Shown piece after piece: positions 13,201-23,774 of a DNA stretch of 64,000 bases. The first letter of the stretch is position 1, and every line of letters begins with the position of its first letter. The DNA is taken from assembly GCA_965644315.1 (NCBI GenBank), contig CBFFRQ010000028.1:118994-182993 (forward strand), given 5' to 3'. The translations under genes and the position numbers were made by a program. The DNA is from Caecitellus pseudoparvulus. Lineage: Eukaryota; Protista; Bigyra: Bicosoecida. The notes under the pieces were generated by a model, which searched no databases, was not told the DNA's origin, and was given only the letters and a program-made list of their open reading frames with translations.

Positions 13201-14658
13201 TCTGACACGCACGACCGCAAGTCGGGCCCCTGGGCTGTCCTCACTGGGCTCTGTTCCTCCCGTGCTCTGGAGTCACTCGGCACCATTGTGCAGTACGCTT
13301 CTGCGAGCGCCAGCAACTTGGCAGCCCACACCCTGGCGTCGCCAGTGCTTGCCTTGCTGCAGTCGGGTGTGCGACGGGGCTGCTTGGTCATGCGCCTGCC
13401 CGACAACACGGAGGTGCTGTTCGGGGACCCCGCCGCCCGGCCGCCCCTGCGCGCTCACATGCTGGTGACGTCGTGGTCCTTCTTCTTCCGCGTCGCGGCG
13501 GAGGCCGACCTGGGCCTGGCCCGCTCCTACATCGCGGGCCAGTGGGCCATTGACGACCTGGCGGCCATTTTCCGCATCGTGCTGGCCAACCGGGACATGG
13601 ACGAGTGCGGCCGCAACGCACTGGAGGGGTGGGCAGACGACGCCCCCGTCAGCACCGGCGCACTGAACCAGCTCAAGCCAGGCGACCTGTGGACGTCGTG
13701 GATCGGCTCCACGCTGAACTTCCTCTCCTTCCGTCTTTTCATGGACAACAGCATCGCCGGGTCTCGCTCCAACATCTCCGCGCACTACGACTTGTCCAAC
13801 GAGCTGTTTGAGACGTTCCTGGACCCAGAGACCATGGCCTACAGCTGTGGGCTGTGGGACACGACGAAGAAGGCTGACGGAACCCTGGCCCTGACAGGCA
13901 CCCTGCCCCAGGCACAGGAGCGCAAGCTGGACCACATCATCCGCCGGGCGGCCATCAAGCCCGGGGACCGCGTCCTGGACATTGGCTGCGGGTGGGCAGG
14001 CATGGCCATCCGCATCGCCACCACTGTCCCCGACACCATCGTACACGGCATCTCCCTGTCCAAGGAGCAGCTCGCGTGGGGGCGCCGACGGGTGAAGGCG
14101 CTGGGTCTGGAGGACCGCATCACACTGGAGCATGTGGACTACCGCACCTTCGCCGAGCACCACGCAGGGGAGTTCGACGCCGTCGTGAGCGTGGAGATGA
14201 TCGAGGCGGTGGGGCTGAACTACCTCGGCGAGTATATGGCGTCCATCGACCGCCTGCTGGCGCCCGGCGGCGTGGCGTGCATCCAGGCCATCACCTGCCC
14301 CGAGAGCCGCTTCGAGGAGTACTCCACCTCCACCGACTTCATCAACACCATAATCTTCCCAGGCGGCGCCCTGCCTTCCCTGGCCGCCCTCACAGAGGCC
14401 ATGGCCAAGCGCACCTCCCTCACCGTGCACAGCGTGGAGAACTTCGCGCAGCACTACGCCCGCACGCTGGCGGCGTGGTACCGCAACTTCAACGCCGTGC
14501 TGCCCCGTGTGCGTGCTCTGGGCTTCGACGACGCCTTCATCCGCATGTGGAACTACTACTTCAAGTACTGCGAAGCCGGCTTCGCAGCGCAGTCTCTCGG
14601 CCTGCTCATCCTCGTCTTCACGCGCCCCTCCAACCCCACACTGGCCGTGGAGACATAA
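10285..14658 (+). CDS. FAD-dependent oxidoreductase (flavin amine oxidase-like) fused to cyclopropane-fatty-acyl-phospholipid synthase-type methyltransferase; four 5' introns
   Basis: Oxidoreductase half: VAVVGAGAAGLAAA, GGHAWT, DIGFLVYNEHTYP, WASWNY, VTYWLNLLQ, FVTLNP, YAHPQY, GAYLGYGFHEDAITSG. Methyltransferase half: ADLGLARSYIAGQW, NISAHYDLSNELF, VLDIGCGW, SVEMIEAVG, IFPGG, HYARTL, WNYYFKYCEAGF. Confidence 0.9.
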
Positions 14659-14869
14659 AGGCGCCACTTCGTGGCGTGCCAGTTTCGTGACCTACTTGTG
14701 ACAAATGCATGTTAGCAACCGCTGGCCTTGCGAAGCAGGTTCGTGTGTTTGCCGTCCTGCCTCAAAATCCGCGCTGCGCAGAGTGCCAAACATTGTAGGA
14801 TGTAAGCCCATAACTCAAACTACGTCCTTTCCGCGCGGGTTTGGTGTGTTGAACGGCCTACCTGCTAAG

Positions 14870-17257
14870 ATGTGGTCGTTGGCGTGTCTGCTCGTGGCTG
14901 GCGCCGTGTCAATTTCCGCGACGGCCGCGCAAACGGTCGAAGTGCCGGGGCTGGGCCATGTCGCCGGGTATGAGGAGCACGGACTGCACATCTTCAAGGG
15001 CATGCCGTACGCAGAGCCGCCTGTGGGACCTCGGCGCTTTGCACCACCGGTGCCAGTGGAATCATGGGGCACGTCACTTGACGCCCCCTTGAACGGGACG
15101 GAGTTTGGCGCCTCCTGCTTCAACGCCGTGCAGGGGGGGGCAGCGGTCGTGAAAGGGGGGCAGGATGAAGCATGTCTGTATGTGAACGTGTGGAGCCCCG
15201 CCCTGCCTTCCTCGGGCCAGCGTCCTCGGCCAGTGCTGGTGTGGCTACATGGCGGCGGGTTCCTCGTCGGCTCCTCGTCGCAGCCCATCGCCGCGCCGCC
15301 CCCGGAAACGCTCACCCGGGCCACAGACACCGTGTTTGTATCTTTCAATTACCGCCTCGGTGTGAATGGCTTCTTGGCGCACCGTGGCCAGGGCCTCGAC
15401 CACGTCGTGGGCGGCAAGGACGCGCCTGAGCAGGGGCAGTACGGCGCTGGCACCGCTGGGCTGCTGGACCAGCGTGCAGCCATCCACTGGACTCTCAAAC
15501 ACATCGCAGCCTTCGGCGGCGACCCGCGCCGGGTGACCTTGGCAGGCTCCAGCGCTGGCGCCATCTCGCTGTGCTTCCATCTCACCGACCCCTCCATAGC
15601 GCCCTTCATCAACACAGCGGTTATGAAGAGCGCCTTCTGCTCCTTCCCATTTCCTCCGCTCGCCAAAGCATTCGAACTGGGCGACGCACTGGCACAGCAA
15701 GCTGGGTGTTCCCGCTCGCAGCAGGTCGGGGAGGTGCTTGCCAAGGCAGGCATGTCGCATGCCCAGCTGGATGCTGCTCTGCACCCGTGGGCCCCCCAGG
15801 CGCAGGGAGTGGGCCCACCTCCTTCCGCAGGGGGCACCATGCTGGTTCCTAGCAGCTTGGTCGTTCCCCGTGTCGACGCTGAGCCGATTGAAGGCGGCAC
15901 AGCTGCCACCCTGTCCACCCAGGAAGCCACCGTGGCTGCGGCCAAGCTGTACCAGGAGGAGCTGCAGTGCCTGCAAAGCGTGGACGCTGACACCTTGCGC
16001 CGGCTGATTCCGACACGGCGGGGCCTCATGTGGTGGGAGGGGGCGTACTGGTTCCCCGTCGTGAACGGCATCGACGCCGCCACCTGGCCCAACCAAGCCT
16101 TCCGCGCCGGCGCCGTGCCACCCAACATCAACATCGTCATGGGCACCGTGGAGGACGAGGCGTCACTTTTCTTCCTTCTGGGCATGCCGCTGTACCTGCC
16201 GGCGTCCCATGTGGATGACGTCATGGCAGCCACACTGGGGGACGGCACGGCAGCCGCCGTGAAGGATTGGTATGCCCGCTCTGGCTCCACGAGCGGGTCC
16301 CTGCAGCTCATGCCAGAGCCGTTAGAGCACCACCACCCAGCCGTGCACCCCTCTGCTCACGCCGAGCTGGCAGCGCTGCCGCCAGTGGCCTTTACGCAGC
16401 CCGACCTGCCTATTGCCGGGGATGGCGCAGCGGACATCGGCGCCCGGGCGCTGAGTGACATGTGGCATTGTGCCCACCGGCGGGAAGTGCTGGAGCTGGC
16501 ACACGCCAGAGCCCAAGCGGGGGATGCAGGGGGCCTGTGGGTGTACCACCTGAGCCACCCGCCCAGCTGGATTGCCAGTAGCTCCCTCCTTGGCTTCTTG
16601 GGAGCCCTGCACGGCTCGGACTTGAGCTACATGTACCACGCACAGCCTGAGCGCATGAACGAGGGCGAGCTGTCCCTCAGCTGGGTGTGGATGATGACGT
16701 TCCGGACTCTGCTGCACACGGACAGGCCTCCCTCCAAGGCTGAGTTGTTGCAGACGCTGGAGCAGCATGAAGCCGTCTTGGCCGGGCAGGCGCCTCCGAC
16801 AGCTCATGATGCACTGTGGGGCCTGACGTCAGACGATGTTCCCGCACTGGGCAACGCCTCCAACCTCCGTGCGTTGCTTCATGCATTTGCGTGGCCAGGC
16901 GTGGTGGTCCCAGCCAATTCCACGGTGGATGGGGGGGAAGAAGACATCTCCCACTTCTCCATCCCAGTCCTGGAGTTGGTGCTGGAAGGCAGGCTCCCTC
17001 GCCCGGCGCTATTCGACCCACCCGTGTGTGCGGCCATCTTCGACAACCTGCTGCATCCGGTGCACCGCACAACGCCTTTCCCGCCGCAACTGCCCGAGCC
17101 AGCCCTGTCGTACCTCATCAACAAAGTTATCGCGCGAGATGCCAGGGAGTACGGCATGTCCATTGCCAGTGTGCTGGCTTTGTTCCTGTTTGCAGGGCTG
17201 TATGCGGCGTGGCGGCGGTGTTGCGCGGCGCCGGCTGAAAAGCCCAAGGCGGAGTGA
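14870..17257 (+). CDS. type-B carboxylesterase with signal peptide and C-terminal transmembrane anchor
   Basis: Motifs FKGMPYAEPPVG, EACLYVNVW, WLHGGGF, NYRLG, GLLDQ, FGGDPRRVTLAGSSAGA and ALHGSDL. Hydrophobic N- and C-termini. Confidence 0.9.
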   Translation: MWSLACLLVAGAVSISATAAQTVEVPGLGHVAGYEEHGLHIFKGMPYAEPPVGPRRFAPPVPVESWGTSLDAPLNGTEFGASCFNAVQGGAAVVKGGQDEACLYVNVWSPALPSSGQRPRPVLVWLHGGGFLVGSSSQPIAAPPPETLTRATDTVFVSFNYRLGVNGFLAHRGQGLDHVVGGKDAPEQGQYGAGTAGLLDQRAAIHWTLKHIAAFGGDPRRVTLAGSSAGAISLCFHLTDPSIAPFINTAVMKSAFCSFPFPPLAKAFELGDALAQQAGCSRSQQVGEVLAKAGMSHAQLDAALHPWAPQAQGVGPPPSAGGTMLVPSSLVVPRVDAEPIEGGTAATLSTQEATVAAAKLYQEELQCLQSVDADTLRRLIPTRRGLMWWEGAYWFPVVNGIDAATWPNQAFRAGAVPPNINIVMGTVEDEASLFFLLGMPLYLPASHVDDVMAATLGDGTAAAVKDWYARSGSTSGSLQLMPEPLEHHHPAVHPSAHAELAALPPVAFTQPDLPIAGDGAADIGARALSDMWHCAHRREVLELAHARAQAGDAGGLWVYHLSHPPSWIASSSLLGFLGALHGSDLSYMYHAQPERMNEGELSLSWVWMMTFRTLLHTDRPPSKAELLQTLEQHEAVLAGQAPPTAHDALWGLTSDDVPALGNASNLRALLHAFAWPGVVVPANSTVDGGEEDISHFSIPVLELVLEGRLPRPALFDPPVCAAIFDNLLHPVHRTTPFPPQLPEPALSYLINKVIARDAREYGMSIASVLALFLFAGLYAAWRRCCAAPAEKPKAE

Positions 17258-17272
17258 ATGCATGTTGGCAGC

Positions 17273-18759
17273 CTACTTCGTCACAGATGCGGCAACTGCA
17301 GCTGCTAGCTTCAGACACTGACCCTGCACGTCCTCTGTAGCATTGGTGCTGAGGGAAAACACCTTCACGACGGCGCAGCCAACTCGCGCGACCAGCGCCG
17401 ACGCAGCAACGTCGGCAAACCTTGCTCCCACTGCTTTGCGCAGCTGTTCTGGCATGGCAGCAGCAGCCACAGCGGGCAGGGCCACAGAGCACTGTGAAAC
17501 GTTCCCAGAAACCACGACGCACTCCTCCACGCCACCCGGCAAGGCCCCTTCTGCAAGCTGCGCAGCTTCCAAGCCGGGAAACTCCCCGGAGCAGTGGACG
17601 ACGGGCAAGCCCTCCAAGAATCCTCCGCCACTAGCGGCCACGCTGGCTGCCACCATGTGCGCCAAGAACGCAGTAGCCTGCGTGGGCGTGGGGAACTCCC
17701 ACCGCATCTCCCACGCTTCCGCTGGCGCCGGAGACGTGGCCTGCGAGGACGAATGAGCGTGCGATGAGTGGCGCATCCAGTCGCCAACAGGCCTGCACAG
17801 CGGCGCCCTACCTTCCATTGCACCTTACATACGGCCTTGCCTGCTTGCTCCTTCCAGGCCGTTGCTTCGTCCCCGCTGGTGCCGCTCGCGCCCGCGCCAT
17901 TCACCGGCAATGCTTCGGACACCACTCTGCATAGCGGGCGGGGCCGTGAATGACTCGCGGGGGCCAGTGACATGCAGTTGTGCAGCGTGCTCCCACCTCA
18001 CAACGTCCCAGGAGTCTCCACCCAGACTGTCAGCAATGACAGACTTGCTCAGCATGCGATCACGAATCGGCAGCTCAGTGGGCGTCGCAGGCTCAGGGGA
18101 TGCGGGCGGCGCAGCCACCGCCTCTGGTGCCTCCACTTCAGCCGGGCGGTGTCGGGAGACAGCGTCTTTCATACGGCGTAGCACCGCCTGCACTGCATCG
18201 TGCATGCCGGCATGCTCGCCTGGGGCACCCTTCGCCAGCTCCACACCGCGAGCATGTGTCTCAGCGTTGTTGTCCACGCCAGCCTCGCGGCCAGTGGACG
18301 CTTGCTCGTGAGCAAGGACTGCACGGAAGGCTGCCTTGGCGTCGCCAGCATCAAAGTGCACAAGTACAATGCGACAAGCTTCAAAAGCAATGTCAAACTC
18401 GCCGAGCTTGAGCAGGCAAAGCGCGGCATTGTTCAGGACCTGCGAGCGGAAATTGGACAGGGCACTCGCAGCAAACCAAGCTTCTTGCCCGCTCAGGCAC
18501 CACGCACGGCACGCAAGGTGTCCAAGACGGGATATGCTGCATCTGTTAATTCTGGAAGGCCTGTGTTGTCGACGAGCTGACAAGCACACGTGCCATGCAG
18601 CGAGAAGCTCGCACTGTGATAGTGGTGCAGGGCTGTCGCCACTTTGCCTGCCCCGAAATGCTTGTTGCCTGCTGCCTTCGTGGCTGTGGCGACCTTCATG
18701 ACAAAGCCCAGGCTATGTTTTGCGCGCTCCCATCCCTGAACACCTGTATCTGCGCTCAT
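17273..18759 (-). CDS. TPR-repeat protein (multi-exon) with possible degenerate pterin-carbinolamine-dehydratase-like C-terminal region
   Basis: TPR-type segments KAAGNKHFGAGKVATALHHY, VLNNAALCLLKLGEFDIAFEAC and DAKAAFRA. GT-AG introns join ORF pieces 18493-18984, 17825-18589, 17365-17973 and 17273-17818. Confidence 0.65.
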
Positions 18760-18962
18760 GGTGACGCTGGAGCAGTACCAAGGCCGGCAGCGCTGCACCT
18801 GCACCCCCTTGTGCAAACCCAGGCAGAGCAGAAAAGCAAGGGTGAGAGTAGGACAAAACGCAAGGTTTCGCAGTGCAAGTGAAAAGTGCGCTTTTGGGAG
18901 TGTGTGCTTCCCACGCCCCCTGAGTAAGCTGCCTGCGCCTTCCGCCCCCTCAAAGCACCAGC

Positions 18963-20897
18963 ATGGCAGCTGCGCCGCCCGCAACCCGCACTGCTTTGGA
19001 CAGTGCAGGCAGCATCGTCACAGAGGTGCAAGTGGCGGAGAGCCAACTGGCAAGTGTACAAGCAGAACACCTGGAAGCTTTTGACTTTGCCGCTGCGCTT
19101 GATGACAAGCTGCAGAGTGCAGGTGCGGGAGAGGCAGTTGCTGCAACGCAGGAGGCACCTGCAGCACTGCACAACCTGCACCTCGCAGCGGAAAGGTGCC
19201 TCTCCAAGCTCACTGAGCTGAAGAAAGAAACGCACTCTGCGTCTGAGAGCCTTCAGTGGGAGGCAGGAAAGCTTCGTTCCCTGGCAAAGCACGCGGAGGG
19301 AGAAGTGCAGCGGCTAGAGGGCGAGGCAGCTGAAGCTTGCGCAGGGGTCACGGACGCAAGCGCATGGGTGGCCGCTCTGGACGACCTGGCCCGTGCAAGC
19401 GACGCTCTCTGCGAGGGACTTGAGTGTGCTGATGCAGGTACGCAGCCCTGGACTGCAGCGCAGAGAGTCTGTCTCTTTGCTTGACCGCCACGCCCCCCGC
19501 AGTTCGGAAGGAGGTCACAGCTGCTGGCGTCCTCCCTCTGCTGAAGGCGAGGAAGGAATTAGAAGCGCAGCAACAACGCGTGCGCCAGCTGACCAGCGCA
19601 AGGTCTAGCGCCGAGACCAAGTGTGGAGAAGAAGAAGCCGAACAATCGCGCTTGGCTGAAGCAGTCAAAGCAGCCGAAGAAAAACAAGGCGACCTCGCTG
19701 CAGCCAAGCAGGCAGCCGAGGCCGACCTGTCCGCCCTGGAGCAGACTGTGGGGGAGGCAGTCTCGGCTCATGAAGCGCTGGTCAAGCGCCTTGAAGCTGT
19801 AAAATCCGCCGCTGAGCGTACCAAGCAGCAGTTGGGCGAAACGGAGCAGGAGCTGGCTCAGCAGTCGGCCGCCAGCGAAGCTCTTGACTCACTTCATGCT
19901 GAGGCAATGGCCGCCCAAGACAAACTGCGCACCACTTCAGCACAAGTGCGCGAGGAGGAGGCCAAGGTGCAGTATCAGCGAGGCCAGCTGGAGGCGAAGC
20001 AAGCCAAGTTGAACTCCATGGCAAGGCAAGTGTCGCAAGTGGAGGGTGAGCTAGAGCAGCTGCAGACAGCCAAAGCCATAGCTGCGGCGGAGGAACGCAC
20101 AATCAAGGAGGAGCTCGAGAGCGTGGAGAAGGAGGTCGACGAAGGCATGGCAAAGGAAGAGCAGGCGGTGCGAACCCAGCTTGAAGTAGTGGAGGGTCAA
20201 CTACTTGAGTGGCAAGCGCGCCGCGCAGCTCTGCAGGTGCCTGTGGAACTTCAAGCAACACAGCGGCGCATGGAGAGTCTGCTGGAAGAAGAGCAGAGCT
20301 TGGGGGAAACCTTGAAAGAGTGTCAACGGCTGAAAATTGCTGTCGAGGAAGAACTGGACAGCAAAGTGTCAAGCCTCCAAACAGCGCTGCAATGTCTGCT
20401 TGGCACCGAGCAACCACTGGATTGTGCACAGCTCCTTGATGTGGCCAAGCAAGTGCAAAGCAACCTTTCTGCGGGCGAAAAGCAGGAGCAGGCTCTCTTC
20501 GCAGTCCTTAAAGCCGCAACGGGGGTGTCCACTGCGGACGTGACCCAGATCGACAACGCAGTGGCGGCACTGAGGTGAGTCCCGCGCCGCCCACCTTCAG
20601 ACACCTACACTGCACCAGGTGCATCCTACACACGCGCAAACACTTCGCAGGTCTACCGGCGCTTCAAGCCACTTCCTGCAGCAAATCGGCGAGCAAGTGC
20701 AGCAGCCGCTGCAGGCAGCCCACGCTGAGGAGTCTGAGCTGAAGGCAGCGTGGATGCAGCGCCTTGCCCAGGTGCGAGCTGCCGCCGCACAATCGCAGAA
20801 GCAGGGTGCTGGAAACCAGCACCAGTTGCCTCTAGTTGCCGCCAACAGCGGCAGCAAGGGCGGGCGCCTCATCCGCTTCCGCCGAGGGCGCAGGTGA
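18963..20897 (+). CDS. long coiled-coil protein, unknown function (multi-exon)
   Basis: Glu/Ala/Gln/Lys-rich heptad-like sequence across ORFs 18963-19484, 19481-20578 and 20619-20897, joined by GT-AG introns. Confidence 0.65.
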
Positions 20898-21805
20898 GCA
20901 GCAACTCTCCAGCAGCGCCTGCAGGTTCGTGGGGCCGCCAGGCGTCGCTGCTTCATGCGGCCACCACGTCAAATGCACTTCTTGAAAAGCTTCCACCTTG
21001 GCAGTTTCCCTGAAGCCCAGTGACGTGAAGAGGGCAATGCTGGCAGCGTTGGACTGCAGGATTTTGGCTATGAAAGACGTAGCCTGCACCCTGCTGCCAA
21101 GGGCCGGGTCGGTCAACGCAAAGCGCATGATGCCGCGTAAAGCCTGGCGGGCAAGGCCTTGTCGTCGGTAGTCCGCCTCGGCCACCATGACCATGAGCTC
21201 CACTTGTTTGGGGGTTGGCAGTGCACCGCCTGTGCCTTCTGCCGGTGCCGACGGAGCGGGAGCCCCACCTGGGGCGTCGTCGGGCGGATCCAGCAGGAAC
21301 ATGTTCACGTCCCCAACCATGGTGAAGTGGGGGCTGGGACTGCCTGGCTGCTCGGGGGGCTCCTGGACAGCATCGGCCTGCCGAGGTGCCTCGATGATGA
21401 ACGTGCCCTCTGCGGCAGTGCGGCATGCCTGCCTGGTGAGCCGGCCTGGTGCAGGACGGCGTGGTGCGGACTCGACGCACTATCTGGGTCAGACGCCCAC
21501 TCCTTCTGCATGGAGATTTCTTCCTCCATCGTCAGGGGCTCGGAAGACGTCATCTCTGCTTGCGCGAAGCCAGTGCAGGGTTGCGATGCCATTGCGTCGC
21601 CCGCAGGCAGTCATGCGCACTCACCTTGAATCCAAGGGTCCTGCATCCACCCATGGTACGTTTCTACGTGATGGTCGCCATACTCAACCAGCCTGCACGA
21701 CGGCAGATTCTGTGCGGCAGGCAGAAAACAAGTGCCAGGATTCATTCGATTTCCGCAAGCGCCTGCATTGGCACTCACGATTGTGACGTCGTGCGTCTCT
21801 TTCAT
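20832..21805 (-). CDS. NAT9: N-acetyltransferase 9 (GNAT); introns 21710-21778, 21556-21624 and 21410-21480
   Basis: Spliced product reads LVEYGDHHVETYHGWMQDPWIQEMTSSEPLTMEEEISMQKEWASDPDKGTFII...MVGDVNMFL...ELMVMVAEADYRRQGLA...NAASIALFTSLGF...FQEVHL. Confidence 0.92.
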
Positions 21806-21894
21806 GGCGAATAGAAGGGACCAGTGGCACTCTCATGCTATCTCTCAGCGTTGTTCAGATCCAATTCAGATTCTTCACATTTCGTTTGAGTGCT

Positions 21895-23646
21895 TCACGG
21901 CGTCCTCGGACTCTGGGCCACTCGCCACGTGATAGCTTGCTTGCGAGCAGACCAAGAGACTTCAGCACGGAGAAATGCACGCGCAACAATGCTTGCACCG
22001 ACAGGGCTGCTAAATGCTTCGCCCCCTGTCTGCGAGAAACCGACTGGGTCGCTTGGCAGGCTGCTGTGTTGCGTTGGAGCAACAGGGGTTGTGTCAGCTG
22101 CGTGCATGGCTGCGGAAATGCCTGGAAGCGTCCCACGCGGCGCTTCGAAGCCCAAGACAGGTAGGGCACCTGCATGTTCAAGTTCCACCTTTCGTCGTTC
22201 AGCTGCAGTGTTGGAGGGTGCCGCTGTCCGCGCCCTGGCCTGCTGTGACTCTTGCCAAGCAGTCAGGCAGCGCAGCGCGACAGCCTGGGCTTGCGCCTCA
22301 CCCCACGCCTGGGGGGGGCGTGAGCGGAAGTGCACGCTGGACCAAGCACGGCCCAGTATCTGTAGCACCGCCACAGCCCGAGGGGGGGGGGGGAGCGGGT
22401 TGAGGGATCCGGTGGTGGGCTGCAGCTCACCTAGCTCCACCGCAGAAAACTCAGCGCTCCCTGCCTCGCCCTCAGGCAGTCTGTCATCATCGTCGTCTGA
22501 GCCCCACTCGCCCCCGGCGTCCAACATATCAAACGCATCTTCGCTGCCAGCTGTCCCCGCGTCCAGGTCACACGGCGTCTCGCCAGGTCCCGTGTGCTGC
22601 GTTTCGACATCGCAGTCAGCTTGCCCAACTATGTTCCGCGCCCCGGCCAACCAACTCTGCAGCCAGGCTGCGTTCTCCGAAGCCCCATTCCGCTGCACCG
22701 CTGTCAACGCCCAGTCCAGGGGGTGGCTCCCAAAGATGTCGGAAAGCACGCCTTCCAATCGGATGTTGACTCCTCGTGCGCCAGCAGCCCGCTGAAACGC
22801 CAGCTCAGGTGCCACAGCGAGCTGCGCGGCAAGCAGCTGAGCGGTGACAGCTGGACGGCTGCGAATGATGGCAACTTGGAGAGGGGACTCTGTCAGCCCT
22901 GGGCTGTCCACACCTGCTCCCTGCGCTGCGACGGTCCTGTGCAGACCGTGCCCGGCAGTGGCACGGGCCCCCGCCTTCAGGAGCACTGCCACAACCCGCT
23001 CGTTTTCCAGACCATGCCCTCGGATCGCCCTGGACAGCGCTGTCTCGCCAAGCGAGCCCGCATGGTTGACGTGGTCTTTCAGCTTCTCTGCCGGGACAGC
23101 GGCGAGCAAGGCGGCCACGGCCGCAGAGGTGGCAGTGGAGCCGTCCGCCGCATGAATGAGGGCTGTGCGCCCACGATGGTCGACGTTGCAGACAGAGGAT
23201 GCTGCGCGGAGAATGGCAGCGCCTCCATGTGGGCCGCCACTGTGGGTTGCCGGGCCCAAATCGGCGTTGTGCCGCACCCATGCCATGAGCGGCGTCCTGC
23301 CAGCTGCGTCACGGGAGTCGGCCAGAGGTGCAGAGTGCTGGAGCAGGAGCTGGATGCAGTTGTGTGCCCCGAAAAAGCAAGCAAAGTGCAGCATGTTCTC
23401 CCCAGCAGTGGTCAGGGGCGCTGCCGCTTGCCACCCTGCAGCCAGCAAGCCAGCCAGGGTTTCGTGCCAGTCCATCTCGAGCACCACACGAGCGACAGCT
23501 CGCCTGACCAGGGGTGGAAAGCCTGCCACCTGCATGTGCAGGACCATGTCCCTCACTGCGCACCGGTCGTCCTCCCGCAGCGCCAGGAGGAGCTCCTCCA
23601 ACCCAGGCTGGTGCGGAAACTGCTGTGCATGTTGCGGTGCCTGCAT
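21895..23646 (-). CDS. ankyrin repeat protein
   Basis: Ankyrin consensus units GENMLHFAC, GRTPLMAW, GRTALIHAA, GETALSRA and ESPLQVA. Confidence 0.8.
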   Translation of the reverse strand: MQAPQHAQQFPHQPGLEELLLALREDDRCAVRDMVLHMQVAGFPPLVRRAVARVVLEMDWHETLAGLLAAGWQAAAPLTTAGENMLHFACFFGAHNCIQLLLQHSAPLADSRDAAGRTPLMAWVRHNADLGPATHSGGPHGGAAILRAASSVCNVDHRGRTALIHAADGSTATSAAVAALLAAVPAEKLKDHVNHAGSLGETALSRAIRGHGLENERVVAVLLKAGARATAGHGLHRTVAAQGAGVDSPGLTESPLQVAIIRSRPAVTAQLLAAQLAVAPELAFQRAAGARGVNIRLEGVLSDIFGSHPLDWALTAVQRNGASENAAWLQSWLAGARNIVGQADCDVETQHTGPGETPCDLDAGTAGSEDAFDMLDAGGEWGSDDDDDRLPEGEAGSAEFSAVELGELQPTTGSLNPLPPPPRAVAVLQILGRAWSSVHFRSRPPQAWGEAQAQAVALRCLTAWQESQQARARTAAPSNTAAERRKVELEHAGALPVLGFEAPRGTLPGISAAMHAADTTPVAPTQHSSLPSDPVGFSQTGGEAFSSPVGASIVARAFLRAEVSWSARKQAITWRVAQSPRTP

Positions 23647-23774
23647 GTTTGAAGGCCATCCGTGGATGCGAGGGGCGGCCAAGGGGAAAGTCTTTTGCGA
23701 AAAAAACTTGAATGGAGTGTATTGAGCAATTGCACTCCATGTGCACATCGTGATTGCGGCCACTGAGCGCAAGC

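Noticed and set aside
1241-17257. Possible lipid/flavin metabolic gene cluster (hydrolase, lumazine synthase, FAD-CFA fusion, esterase)
   Set aside because: It is interrupted by an unrelated 6.5-kb gene, and there is no shared regulatory evidence; chance adjacency in a dense genome suffices.
21410-21778. Introner-like elements (several introns of exactly 69 nt)
   Set aside because: The introns share no sequence similarity or terminal inverted repeats that I can see; equal length fits a narrow size mode.
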